NCBI GenBank assembly: GCA_963735035.1
Contig: CAVTJJ010000003.1
Location: forward strand, 288,001 to 352,000
From: an uncultured candidate division Zixibacteria bacterium
GTDB lineage: Bacteria > Zixibacteria > MSB-5A5 > GN15 > FEB-12
DNA: 64,000 bases
Direction of reading: 5' to 3'
The position numbers were made by a program, and so were the translations under genes. Shown here in pieces: positions 51,636-61,714 of this stretch; position 1 is the stretch's first letter, and each line of letters begins with the position of its first letter. Under the pieces are notes generated by a model that was given only the letters and a program-made list of their open reading frames with translations, searched no databases and was not told the origin of the DNA.

Positions 51636-53762
51636 ATGAATATCAGAATGACACTGGGACGTAAAATCATGCTGCTTGTCTTTTGCGTACTGGCTCTTTC
51701 GATTGTCGGTATCGCCACGATCAGTATATCCCAGTCACGTACCTACATGACCGATATGGCCAAGAGCGATCTGGCTCACATGGCTACCATGGCCCGCGAC
51801 ATGTGCGAGGCCAGCGCCGAACTGAGTCTGGCCATGGTGAAAGCGAACATGGAAACGGCCCATCTGGCCTTTGAGCAGGCCGGCGGCAACCGGGTCGAGA
51901 TCGTCAATGGCAAGATGGTGGTAGGCGAAGGTGCCAAACAATGGGCGGCAAACGATGGTTTCGAGTTTGTCGATCAGATTACCGCTCTGACCGGCGCTCG
52001 TTGTACGATCTTTCAGAAAGATGGGACTACCGCCCGACGCATCAGCACCTCGGTGATTGCCGCCGACGGCAAGAGAGCCATCGGCACTACCATATCGCCG
52101 GAAGTCTATCGTGAAGTGTTCGACAATCGTCGTACCTACCAGGGTCGCGCATGGGTGGTCAGCGCCTGGTTTCTCACAATGTACGAGCCAATCAAAGATG
52201 TGAATGGTGACGTGATCGGCTCACTCTTTTGCGGGGTCCCGGAACAGTCGAAGCGCCTGACTGAACTTCTGGTGTCTCAGAAAGTCGGCGCCTCGGGATA
52301 CATCTATGTTATCAACTCGCAGGGTGTTCTGCAGGTACATCCCACCAAAGCAGGCACCAACCTCTCCGAATACGAATTCATAAAAGAGATCACAGCTAAG
52401 GGACCAAAGCTCGGCCGGAACGAACTCGGCTGGATCACTTACCCCTGGTTCGACAAGGAGCTCGGTGAGACCACACCTCGCGACAAGATAGTCGCGTACA
52501 GTTACTTCAAGGATCGCGACTGGATTGTCGCCGCCGGAAGTTATGCCGACGAATTCACCGCACCGGTCACGACAGTACGTAATGCCATTATCATGTTTGG
52601 CTTCATATCTCTGGTCATATCTCTGATCATCGGCTACCTGATGTCGCGATCGATCACCCGGCCGGTGCATGAACTGGTCAAAGTAGCCACCACGATCGCC
52701 GAAGGTGATGTCAGTTGTACGGTGGAGGTCCGGTCACAAGACGAAATCGGCGAGTTGGGCGAATCCTTCAATCGCGTGGTCACGTATTTGTCGGAAGCAG
52801 CTACCGCCGCCGACCAAATCGCTAACAACAATCTCTCGGTGAAGATAACCCCCCGTTCGGAACGTGATACGCTCGGCAAGTCGTTCGGCAAGATGGTCGA
52901 CAACCTGACCGGGATGATCCACCGCCTCACTTCCAGCGCTCATGAACTGCTCAGCGCTTCGGGCGAGATATCATCCACTTCAATGCAGATGTCACGCGGA
53001 GCCGCCGATCAATCCACCAAAGTGGATCAGGTGGTAACGTCGGTTGAAGAGATGACGGCGTCGATTCTTGGGGCGTCCAAGAACGCCGAGTCGGCCACTG
53101 AACTATCGCGCAAGGCCGCCGAGAACGCGGCTCACGGCGGGACGTTTGTCTCCCAGACTATCGACGGCATGAAGCGTATCACCGATCAGGTGCGCAGTTC
53201 GGCCGAGTCGATTGGCGCTCTTGCGAGTTCGGCTGACCAGATTGGTGAGATTATCAATGTCATTGAAGATATCGCCGATCAGACCAATCTATTGGCGCTC
53301 AACGCCGCGATTGAAGCGGCTCGCGCCGGCGAGCAGGGACGTGGCTTTGCGGTGGTGGCCGACGAAGTCCGCAAGTTGGCGGAACGTACCGGCAAGGCGA
53401 CCGGTGAAATCTCCGACATGATCAAGACTGTCCAGCATCAGACCGGCGACGCCGTCAACTCGATGGAGCAGGCGATCAAGCAGGTCTCGGTCGGTCAGGA
53501 GTTGGTCGATCAGGCCGGCCGGTCGCTCGGTGAGATCGTGGCCATGTCAGAGCAGGTCATGCATGTGGTGAAGGAAATGGCGGCCGGAGCGGGCGAACAA
53601 TCGGTGGCCGCCGAGGAGATTTCAGGAAATGTTCAGCAAATTGCGACGGTCATTAAGGATTCGGTTAAGGGAGCTGAGAAGGAAGCGGCTGCGGCCGAAG
53701 AACTCAACCGCCAGGCTGAATCAATGAACAAAATGGTGGAGGCGTTCAGGCTGGCACATTAG
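51636..53762 (+). CDS. Methyl-accepting chemotaxis protein, paralog of 48250..50376
   Basis: Same architecture and near-identical N-terminus ([19 protein letters not shown]) and signalling hairpin. Confidence 0.95.
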   Translation: MNIRMTLGRKIMLLVFCVLALSIVGIATISISQSRTYMTDMAKSDLAHMATMARDMCEASAELSLAMVKANMETAHLAFEQAGGNRVEIVNGKMVVGEGAKQWAANDGFEFVDQITALTGARCTIFQKDGTTARRISTSVIAADGKRAIGTTISPEVYREVFDNRRTYQGRAWVVSAWFLTMYEPIKDVNGDVIGSLFCGVPEQSKRLTELLVSQKVGASGYIYVINSQGVLQVHPTKAGTNLSEYEFIKEITAKGPKLGRNELGWITYPWFDKELGETTPRDKIVAYSYFKDRDWIVAAGSYADEFTAPVTTVRNAIIMFGFISLVISLIIGYLMSRSITRPVHELVKVATTIAEGDVSCTVEVRSQDEIGELGESFNRVVTYLSEAATAADQIANNNLSVKITPRSERDTLGKSFGKMVDNLTGMIHRLTSSAHELLSASGEISSTSMQMSRGAADQSTKVDQVVTSVEEMTASILGASKNAESATELSRKAAENAAHGGTFVSQTIDGMKRITDQVRSSAESIGALASSADQIGEIINVIEDIADQTNLLALNAAIEAARAGEQGRGFAVVADEVRKLAERTGKATGEISDMIKTVQHQTGDAVNSMEQAIKQVSVGQELVDQAGRSLGEIVAMSEQVMHVVKEMAAGAGEQSVAAEEISGNVQQIATVIKDSVKGAEKEAAAAEELNRQAESMNKMVEAFRLAH

Positions 53763-53791
53763 CGCCGGCGTGGCCTCAATTCGGTAATCAT

Positions 53792-53828
53792 AAGGCCGCC
53801 CACATGGGCGGCCTTTTTTATTCTTTTC
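53792..53828 (+). terminator. Intrinsic terminator after MCP2
   Basis: AAGGCCGCCC-ACAT-GGGCGGCCTT followed by a T-rich tail. Confidence 0.85.
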
Positions 53829-53889
53829 GTCGTCCCCGAGACGTCGGGACACAAGGGTCAACTGTACCCCGCCCAGCGGGTGGGAATCT

Positions 53890-56322
53890 TCATTTCAATA
53901 TGACCAGCTTCCCGATCTGGGTGCGGGTGGTGGATTCCACCACCCAATAATACAGCCCCGACTCTACCGCCAGACCGGAACGGCTGACTAAGTTCCACCA
54001 GTCGTGCATCGACTCCGGGCCGCCTTCGGGGAAGTTGTGATCGATCGTGCCAATATGATCGCCATCGAGAGAATAGACTTTGATTTTACAAACGCGTGGC
54101 AGATTGCCGAAATGGATCAGCCGCGCCCGGTCGGGAATGATATTCCCCTTGCGATTCTCGTAGCCGCCGTCCTCATATTTGGCGTCAACTCTGTAGGGAT
54201 TGGGATAGACATAGGCGTTAAGGTTCTCTTCTTCGACAATTTCCGATGAAGTCTGCGCGTAGCATTCAGTGAGATTGTTCAGCGAATTCGTCTCATCGGG
54301 AGGCATGTTACCGCGTCCACCGGCGTATCCGAAGTCAAATACTGTCACCGCGACAAAATATGGCACAGTCGGCAGCAGGTTGTCGATGACGTATTCATAC
54401 TCATAGTATTTGGGAAGTCTGCGGCCGTCGTGCTCGGTCGTGATGTCAGCTTCGGTCCAGAGAGTCGAGTCGGTGCCGGGGTTGATAGCATCAGGATAGG
54501 CTTTGTGAATGCCGTTTGGTGTAGTCAGGCTGTACACGTTTTCGTCCACGGAGGAGAAATAGAAAGCGCTGTCGCCGTCTATCAACGGCCGTTGGCGGGG
54601 GTAATCATCCGGGTTGAAATCGGGATTGTTATGAAGAATGCGGAGTGAATCGAGACTGAAGGGTGGATCATCGTTGAACCAGCGACTTTCGCCTGATCCA
54701 AGTTTGTTGTACTTCCTGCGCAGCCAATCTTGTTTGTCGTAACTGGTCAACAGAGCCAGACTTGTTTTCCGGTTATCCAGACCACAATAGACGCGGTACC
54801 CCTCGAAATCGATCAGATTCGAGAAGATATCTTTCGTTGTTTCGGAGAGAAAGCCGTTCCAACGGACAATGATCTTCCCAGCTTCAGTTTCGAATCGTGT
54901 GAACGGTATCGGCGGCGGCGTGTTGCCACGGAAATCAGGGACACCATCACCTTTGTACCAGGTCGTTTCGCCTTCACATATACGATACTCGCCGAAATAG
55001 CCATCGCTGTCGGTATCCACACCGGGGTTGTCATACACCCACTGCGCCCAGCGAGCGTTGGCTGCAAGTTCCGAGAAATCGAGCTGATCATAATACGGCT
55101 GAGGGTTGTATGTTTCGAAAACTGCGTTCGGATTGGTGTGAACGTTGTCACCGCCGACTACGGCGATGGTGAAAGAAAAGTTCTCTCTGGGACTCAGTTC
55201 AAACGGACCAAACGATAACATGGCTTGTCCCCATGATCCGGACGCAATCAGATCAGCGTCCCCCGGTGGAGGCAACCATCCTTCGTTCCCTTGATCCACG
55301 GTAGTGAAGATCTGGTCATAGTCAACTTCCGGGTGAGACATAACATAGTAGAAATTCACATCCTTGTACGGCTGACCAAGGAAGGGGCCAATCGGTCGAA
55401 ACGGATCGTCCGCCGTTCCTTTCCGTCTCGGCCCGAAACTTTCTCGCAGGCTGTTGGTACCAATCCACCAGTTGAAGTTGAGTTTGGTAGAATCTGATAG
55501 TCCCCCGAGTACCATAACGCCCACGGCCGCGCGAGGGGACTGGCTCGTATATTCACCGCCGCTCGGATCGCCGTCGTTGTCCATCACGTACGCCAAATCA
55601 AGCGTATCGATAAAACGACATTCTTCAGATGGCCTGGAATACCTCAGAAGGCCTGCCAGGTTATCCTGGTCATCGTTCCCATCAACAAACACCGAACTTG
55701 CCCATGTCCATTGATCAAGACCGATGTACATCTGTTCCAGGTGCTTGCCGCCCGTGTTGGCGATGTTGAATTCGATAATCACGAAATCGCCGATAGATCC
55801 CCCTCCCCACGCCATAGAGCGTTGAGTGATTGTCAATCCAAGGGGGATGTGCTTGCGGACGTCCCAACCAGTCGTCTGGAAGGGCACTTGGTAGTTATCA
55901 TAGTATTTGCAGATGAGATCAAGTTGCGACCTTGCGTTCGTAGAATAGTAAATCGATCTGGGATCACGACTCAGTATTGTAAATTTGTTTGAACCTGCCT
56001 CCGGAGCTATCTCCCATGGATTGGACACCAGGGTGTCAGTGCCAACAACGGCACCAACACTCAAGTCGACAGCACAGTAGCGCCTATAGCTGCCCCTGGG
56101 ATAGACGCATCCGAAAACGCTATCGCCAGTGACTGGGTCAATTGCCTCAGTGACACCGAACTTCCCGCTGTTGCATACTGATAACTGGAGGTTGCCACAT
56201 GAATGCGCATAGCATCCTGCATCTTGAGCCACAGCCACGGCACGCCAAGAACACAGTAGTGTCAATAGTGCGAGCAGGTAAAGTAACATGCTCCATCCGA
56301 GACGACATTGACTTAGATGCAT
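53890..56322 (-). CDS. Large secreted hypothetical protein with a T9SS-CTD/FlgD-like C-terminal domain
   Basis: Signal peptide; acidic DxDxDG motifs; C-terminus YVYPNPY...FGNLP..C.IKVYSLDG...WNL...SGLYYWVV...GKLVILK. Confidence 0.75.
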   Translation of the reverse strand: MHLSQCRLGWSMLLYLLALLTLLCSWRAVAVAQDAGCYAHSCGNLQLSVCNSGKFGVTEAIDPVTGDSVFGCVYPRGSYRRYCAVDLSVGAVVGTDTLVSNPWEIAPEAGSNKFTILSRDPRSIYYSTNARSQLDLICKYYDNYQVPFQTTGWDVRKHIPLGLTITQRSMAWGGGSIGDFVIIEFNIANTGGKHLEQMYIGLDQWTWASSVFVDGNDDQDNLAGLLRYSRPSEECRFIDTLDLAYVMDNDGDPSGGEYTSQSPRAAVGVMVLGGLSDSTKLNFNWWIGTNSLRESFGPRRKGTADDPFRPIGPFLGQPYKDVNFYYVMSHPEVDYDQIFTTVDQGNEGWLPPPGDADLIASGSWGQAMLSFGPFELSPRENFSFTIAVVGGDNVHTNPNAVFETYNPQPYYDQLDFSELAANARWAQWVYDNPGVDTDSDGYFGEYRICEGETTWYKGDGVPDFRGNTPPPIPFTRFETEAGKIIVRWNGFLSETTKDIFSNLIDFEGYRVYCGLDNRKTSLALLTSYDKQDWLRRKYNKLGSGESRWFNDDPPFSLDSLRILHNNPDFNPDDYPRQRPLIDGDSAFYFSSVDENVYSLTTPNGIHKAYPDAINPGTDSTLWTEADITTEHDGRRLPKYYEYEYVIDNLLPTVPYFVAVTVFDFGYAGGRGNMPPDETNSLNNLTECYAQTSSEIVEEENLNAYVYPNPYRVDAKYEDGGYENRKGNIIPDRARLIHFGNLPRVCKIKVYSLDGDHIGTIDHNFPEGGPESMHDWWNLVSRSGLAVESGLYYWVVESTTRTQIGKLVILK

Positions 56323-56526
56323 AAGAAAGTCAAATGAATACTATAGTTTGTCTGCAAATGAGCCACCCTCCTGTTGCAATTCTCTACAACCGTACACCAA
56401 TTATTCGAACCACCTAACTGCCGCTCCCGAGTCTCAAATTACTTCCGGCACTGGATTCGCAGGTCATAGCTCAAGTAGAATGCAATCTCGAGCCGGAATA
56501 CTACACTGAACGCGGAATCACCGCCT

Positions 56527-56820
56527 CTATGATTCAGGCCCGCACTGATAGGTAAAGTGATCGCAAACTGCCCCACAGTCTGGGGCGAAGAAGCCGGTGC
56601 ATTGAAAGACCTCACCCACACCAGGCACATAGGTAACTATCCAGTGGCCTTGTACTGCTATCTGCTCCGGATCATCAGGGCAGTAACTCATACAGCACGC
56701 GCAAGCCATAAAGGGATCCGGCTCCGCTTGCGCCTGGCTCGCCAGCGTGAAGCTGAAACCGAGCGTAAACGCAAACAGGAACAGGTACGTGTAAACTATC
56801 AGAACTTTCTTGTTTTTCAT
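56527..56820 (-). CDS. Secreted cysteine-rich small protein (8 Cys in a ~65-aa mature part)
   Basis: ATG at 56820 with AGGAAGGAG RBS; signal peptide ending AQA; mature EPDPFMACACCMSYC...QC...DC...VC...QCGPES. Confidence 0.8.
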   Translation of the reverse strand: MKNKKVLIVYTYLFLFAFTLGFSFTLASQAQAEPDPFMACACCMSYCPDDPEQIAVQGHWIVTYVPGVGEVFQCTGFFAPDCGAVCDHFTYQCGPES

Positions 56821-56908
56821 AGTAAAGTTCTCCTTCCTATGGTTAGATAGGTTTCGTGTTAAAGGAAGGGAACGGACAGTCAGGCGGTATTGCATTTGTT
56901 CTTCCTAC

Positions 56909-57702
56909 TCACCCTTCGACAGGCTCAGGGTGACGAAGCACGTGCCCGACAGTTGCTATCTCTGTCATGCCTGTGGAGGCAGGCACCCAGACAAGATCGC
57001 CATACACCAACACCCCATTGCGAGAAGCATGCTCATGATGAGCATCTGTCGAACAATCTACCTCTCTGACCGGCCACCTTGACTGGGCACCCGCCTGCGC
57101 GGGTGTGACGGAGTGAGCCGCTTCAAACAACTGTTCATTGTCATCCGGTAGAAGCGTGTTCGCATGAATCGTTTGGATCACACGGTCACGGTCCACCACT
57201 AGATTGAAAGGGAACGACTGAATCTTCAATGCCGCCCCGAACTGCCGTTCATTTTCGTACAATATCTCACACCCCAGACCGTAATCTTCTCGTATGCGCT
57301 GCATGTGCAACGGATTGGCCGAGGTGATAAGAATCACATGTTCGTAATCGTCTGGACCCTTAGCGACACTCCGCAAACGCTCGAGTTCTTCCAGGCAGGC
57401 GTCGCAGTCCGGCTTAAGATATGTAATCAGTGTTTTGTCTGTAGCCAGTTCAGACAGAAGGTGTAGTTTCCCGTCGATGTCTTCGAGTGGGAAGTTCCCC
57501 AACGTGTCCCCCACTTTGATTGTCCCCATTTTCCTCAGGATCATCGCCGTCTGCTCGGCGGCCTGGGTGCGGTACTCATCGGCGTTCCGGCTGAGATTCC
57601 ACTCTTTCATCCACTCAGCTGATTGTGTACCAATGAGATAGGCGAGCGCTACCAGCGTCACCCCCCCATAACCCATACTACTTTACTCTTGATTTGATCC
57701 AT
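56909..57702 (-). CDS. Membrane-anchored TlpA/redoxin-family thiol-disulfide oxidoreductase (CDAC); apparent frameshift in a G7 run
   Basis: VGD...F.LEDIDG, PDCDAC, SFPF cis-Pro motif; the RBS-supported ATG at 57702 (MDQIKSKVVWVMGG) needs G8 at 57661-57667 to join the frame; the C-terminus reads through REPs. Confidence 0.75.
56910..57110. repeat. REP cluster overlapping the redoxin 3' end (family C + inverted GTCA...CCCAG pair)
   Basis: acccttcgacaggctcagggtgac; gtcatgcctgtggaggcaggcacccag ... ctgggcacccgcctgcgcgggtgtgac. Confidence 0.75.
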
Positions 57703-57727
57703 TTGCTGCTCCCTCTTTGCGTTTCAT

Positions 57728-57986
57728 CCGGCAGATGTGGACATCTGCCGGGCACGAAGCTGACCCACAGCAAGCTGTGGGCTACCCCTTTCGACCGTCC
57801 GGCAGGGTTAGAACCCTGCCGATCACAATTGACTGCCGATCAAAATTAACGTGGTGTCGTGCCGGAACCCTCAAGATACGGGGGATGCTGTCTCCTGATA
57901 GGCAGGATAACTAACGCCGCTGTGTGATGCAAGAGGAAAACGCGGTTCTGCCGGAGAGCGCTCGGCAGGGGTGGAACCCTGCCGAT
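57728..57986. repeat. REP cluster (A, D, B, B) to the left of the IS30
   Basis: ccggcagatgtggacatctgccgggcac; cccacagcaagctgtgggctac; ccggcagggttagaaccctgccg; cggcaggggtggaaccctgccg. Confidence 0.85.
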
Positions 57987-58020
57987 TAAATTGACTGCTC
58001 ACACCCTTGGGTGCCCCCCT

Positions 58021-59048
58021 AAGTTCACAAACGAAGTGCAACACCTGTTAAAGGTGTTGTCATGGAACGAAGATATGCACAGATCAATCTTGAAGAGCGG
58101 TGTGAGATTGCCCGCTTACACACCAACGGGCGGTCGCTCCGGCAAATCGCGGCAGCTCTGGATCGCGCGCCATCGACCATTGCTCGGGAGATAAGGCGAA
58201 ATCGCAGCCGACAAAGCGGTTACCTGCCCGCCTATGCCAACGACCAGAGCCGTGCCCGGCGTTGGACCGGCTCCAAATTGGATCGCCGTCCAGAACTGCG
58301 CGACATGGTAGTGATGGGACTAGCTAATGGTTTGTCTCCGGAGTTGGTCGCGGGAAGGCTGGCCGTGGAGATGGGCCGGAAGGTGATTTCCTACGAAACG
58401 ATCTACCGGTTTATCTACGCGCAGATCGCCCGTACTAAGGATTACACTTGGCGGTACTTACTGATCCGTGGCCGAGCCAGACGTAGCTGGCGAGGGTGCA
58501 AGAGAGGTCGGTCGACGTCGTCTATAGCCCTGCGGTGCCCTATCTCCGCGCGGCCGAAGAGCGCCAAGAGCCGGAAAACACCAGGACACTGGGAAGGTGA
58601 TCTCATGAACTTCCGAAAACCCGATCAGAGCGTCCTCGTCCTTCATGAGCGACACTCACGCCTGATGATGGGGGTTAAGCTACCCGCCAAAGATGCCGCC
58701 TCGGTTGCTAAGGCCATGTGCACTCTCCTGGCACCCTTGCCGCCCGCCTGGCGACAGACCATCACCTTCGATAACGGTCCCGAGTTCGGCCAGCACTACC
58801 GACTCCATGACCACGACATCGAGACCTACTTCTGTAACACCTACTCACCCTGGCAGAAAGGCGGCGTCGAAAATGGAATCGGTCGCCTCCGACGCCGACT
58901 CCCTCGGTCAACCGACTTGACCAAACTCTCGCCGAGACGGTTCGCAGACTTCTTTCAAATCTACAATAACACGCCTCGAAAATGCCTGGACTTCCTCACT
59001 CCAGCAGAGTTCTTTTGGCTCGAACTGTTGCACTTCAAATGTGAATCC
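58021..59048 (+). mobile_element. IS30-family insertion sequence
   Basis: Imperfect inverted repeats TTCACAAACGAAGTGCAACA (58024-58043) and TGTTGCACTTCAAATGTGAA (59026-59045) around the transposase; the exact left end may extend to ~57990. Confidence 0.85.
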
Positions 59049-59060
59049 AGCCCCGCCTGA
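58062..59060 (+). CDS. IS30-family DDE transposase
   Basis: HTH SLRQIAAALDRAPSTIAREIRRN; GHWEGD, ITFDNGPEF, SPWQKGGVEN, NNTPRKCLDFLTPAE. Confidence 0.95.
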   Translation: MERRYAQINLEERCEIARLHTNGRSLRQIAAALDRAPSTIAREIRRNRSRQSGYLPAYANDQSRARRWTGSKLDRRPELRDMVVMGLANGLSPELVAGRLAVEMGRKVISYETIYRFIYAQIARTKDYTWRYLLIRGRARRSWRGCKRGRSTSSIALRCPISARPKSAKSRKTPGHWEGDLMNFRKPDQSVLVLHERHSRLMMGVKLPAKDAASVAKAMCTLLAPLPPAWRQTITFDNGPEFGQHYRLHDHDIETYFCNTYSPWQKGGVENGIGRLRRRLPRSTDLTKLSPRRFADFFQIYNNTPRKCLDFLTPAEFFWLELLHFKCESSPA

Positions 59061-59086
59061 AGCGGGGCAAGACGGAATTCAAATAC

Positions 59087-60628
59087 CTATACTTTGTACA
59101 CTTCCGTGATGTCGCTGTTGTCGTTCGCGTTGTACATGCGATAGTCGCTCTGGTTCAAGGTCGTGTCACGCACCAGATTGATCCGGCAGCGCGACGCCTT
59201 CATGATCCGCGCAATCCGGCTCGAACCATTGCCATTCAACATCACTTCCGCCATATCCGGATTCACAACGAGATGAAAATCACGATACTTGCTCGCCGAA
59301 CGCGCCCGATGAAACCAGCGCTCGATCTTGGTCGCGACATTTTCCTTCGACATGATCCGCCCGACCCCCTCGCAGTGCGGGCAGGGCTCCGACAAGGTCT
59401 GCATGTGCGACGGACGCACCCGCTCGCGAGTCATTTCGATCAGGCCGAATTCCGTCACCGGATTAATCGCCCGTTTGGCGCGATCATAGCGGAACGCCCC
59501 CTGGAATTCGTCGAGCAACCGCCGACGGTTGTCGCGGTTATACATATCAATGAAATCGCAAACGATCAGGCCGCCCATGTCGCGCAGACGAATCTGGCGC
59601 GCGATTTCTTTCGCAGCCATCAGGTTCGTCTGAAAGATCGTGTTCTCCTGATCGCGCCGCCCGACAAACCGGCCGGTGTTGACATCAATAGTCACCATCG
59701 CCTCGGTCTGGTCAATCACGAGATAAGCGCCCTTCTTGATCCAGACTTTGCGGCTGAGCATCTTGTCGAGCTCCGGTTCCAGATTGTGTTCGTCGAAAAC
59801 CGGCTTGCTCCCTTTGTACAAATGCACCCGGCTTTTCAAATGCGGGAGCACTTGACGGGCGTAGCTGATGATCTTCTTGTAATCATCGCGGTAGTCGCAG
59901 ATGACTTTATCGACCTCGTCGGTGAAAACGTCGCGAATCATCGCAACCACCATGTCGGCTTCTTTGTGGACGAGCGACGGCGCCGGAAGACGATCCGCCT
60001 TGGCTTTGAGTTTGGCCCAAAGTCGCATCAGGCGCTTGATGTCAGCTTCGAAATCCCGTTCCTCGCGCCCTTCGGCTTCGGTGCGGATGATTAACCCGAA
60101 CCCTTCCGGCCGATGCGGCGAGATCGCCTTGCGCAAGCGGCGCTTCTCGCCCCAGTTGGTAATTCGTTTGGAGACGCGTACGTGATCATCGTCCGGCACC
60201 AAAACCAGATAGCGGCCGGCGAGCGAAATTTCCGATGCAATCCGCGGTCCTTTGGTGGAGATAGGCTCCTTGATGACTTGAACCAGAATCTCCTGGTTCT
60301 TCTTCAGAACTGTCTCGATTCCGGCGCGGCGGGTCTTGCGGATGATCTCCGCGGGGGCTTCTTCTTCCTCGTCTTCGTCCGATTCGTACGTGTCGTGATA
60401 GACCTTGCCGATATCGGACGAGTGCAGGTAGGCGGCTCGTTCGAGACCGATGTCGACAAACGCGGCCTGCATGCCGGGCAGAACCGAACTGATTTTGCCC
60501 TTGTAGATGTCGCCGACCATGCGGTCCGATCCGGCCCGTTCGACCTGGAGTTCCACCAGTTCGCCGTCTTCCAGGATCGCCACGCGAGTTTCGTACTCGG
60601 TGGTGTTGATAATAATTTCTTTCCTCAC
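59087..60628 (-). CDS. Rne/Rng family ribonuclease (RNase G-sized)
   Basis: GDIYKG...LPGMQAAFVDIG, QVIKEPISTKGPR, IDVNTG, LRDMGGLIVCDFIDM, CPHC. Confidence 0.94.
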   Translation of the reverse strand: MRKEIIINTTEYETRVAILEDGELVELQVERAGSDRMVGDIYKGKISSVLPGMQAAFVDIGLERAAYLHSSDIGKVYHDTYESDEDEEEEAPAEIIRKTRRAGIETVLKKNQEILVQVIKEPISTKGPRIASEISLAGRYLVLVPDDDHVRVSKRITNWGEKRRLRKAISPHRPEGFGLIIRTEAEGREERDFEADIKRLMRLWAKLKAKADRLPAPSLVHKEADMVVAMIRDVFTDEVDKVICDYRDDYKKIISYARQVLPHLKSRVHLYKGSKPVFDEHNLEPELDKMLSRKVWIKKGAYLVIDQTEAMVTIDVNTGRFVGRRDQENTIFQTNLMAAKEIARQIRLRDMGGLIVCDFIDMYNRDNRRRLLDEFQGAFRYDRAKRAINPVTEFGLIEMTRERVRPSHMQTLSEPCPHCEGVGRIMSKENVATKIERWFHRARSASKYRDFHLVVNPDMAEVMLNGNGSSRIARIMKASRCRINLVRDTTLNQSDYRMYNANDNSDITEVYKV

Positions 60629-61578
60629 AATAACTCCGTCTTTCCCTCTCGGGTAAACGATTCACCGGCGACCGGTCTGAAGCCGTTGATGAACGATACG
60701 CCGTCCATCTCTTTCTTTCCGGCCGGGACAACTTTGGTCAGCTCGACTACGCCGCTTCCGCAGACAACCCGAAGGGCTTTCCGGTCGGGCAGGATACTTC
60801 CGACCGGTAATGCTGAGACAGCCATCTGTTCGGAGACACTCGCAAAATGCACTTTGAGCATCTGGCTCCGAAAGTAGGTGTACGCCCCCGGCTTCGTAGC
60901 CATGCCCCGGATGAAATCAGCGACCCGGGTCGCGGGCTGATCAAAATTGATCAGAGCGTCTTCCGGTCGGATTTTCGGGGCGGGGGTAGCGGCGGTGTTG
61001 TCCTGGGGGATCGGGCGGGTTTCGCCCCGTGCGATCAGGTCCAGGGTTTCGAGCGTGAACGGCCCGGCTATTGTGGCCAGACGGTCGTACAGTGAATCAT
61101 AGGTATCATTTGGGGCGATCGGGACCTTCGTCTGAAGAATCATGTCGCCCGTGTCTACTTGTCGTTTCAAAAAGAAGCTGGTCAGACCGGTCACGGACTC
61201 GCCGTTGATAATGGCCCAGTTGATCGGAGCGGCGCCCCGATATTTGGGTAGAAGCGAGGCGTGGATGTTGATCGAACCGAGCTTCGGCAGTTCGAACAAC
61301 GACGGCGGGAGAATCCTGAAAGCGGCCACGATGAACAGATCGGCTTTGAGCGCAGCCAGCTTTTCGCGAAGATCGGGATCCTTGAGCGACAGCGGCATCA
61401 GGACCGGCAACTTGTGCTCACGAGCATACTCGTGCACCGCGGTTGAGGTCATCACCCGCCGGCGGCCGACCGGTTTATCCGCACCGGTAACCACGGTCAC
61501 AATTTCATGGCTGCTGTTGTTCAGGACGGATAGAATGGCTCGCGCGAATTCCGGCGTCCCCATAAACACAATCTTCAT
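60625..61578 (-). CDS. fmt: Methionyl-tRNA formyltransferase
   Basis: FMGTPEFA, NIHASLLPKYRGAAPINWAI, DTGD. Confidence 0.96.
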   Translation of the reverse strand: MKIVFMGTPEFARAILSVLNNSSHEIVTVVTGADKPVGRRRVMTSTAVHEYAREHKLPVLMPLSLKDPDLREKLAALKADLFIVAAFRILPPSLFELPKLGSINIHASLLPKYRGAAPINWAIINGESVTGLTSFFLKRQVDTGDMILQTKVPIAPNDTYDSLYDRLATIAGPFTLETLDLIARGETRPIPQDNTAATPAPKIRPEDALINFDQPATRVADFIRGMATKPGAYTYFRSQMLKVHFASVSEQMAVSALPVGSILPDRKALRVVCGSGVVELTKVVPAGKKEMDGVSFINGFRPVAGESFTREGKTELL

Positions 61579-61714
61579 CGTCGCATGGCCGTGGCATACC
61601 CACAAACCCGACATGGCCCGGGTAGACGCACCCGGGTGGCCTGATCTGGTGGAGCAGTGGATTTGTCGGCCGGTCGCCGTTCAGACGGCGAACGAAGCAG
61701 GGGGAAGCAAATCT

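Noticed and set aside
57658..57660. TGA after MGG in the redoxin as a second selenocysteine
   Set aside because: The downstream gene is in a different frame and the position is not a redox motif.
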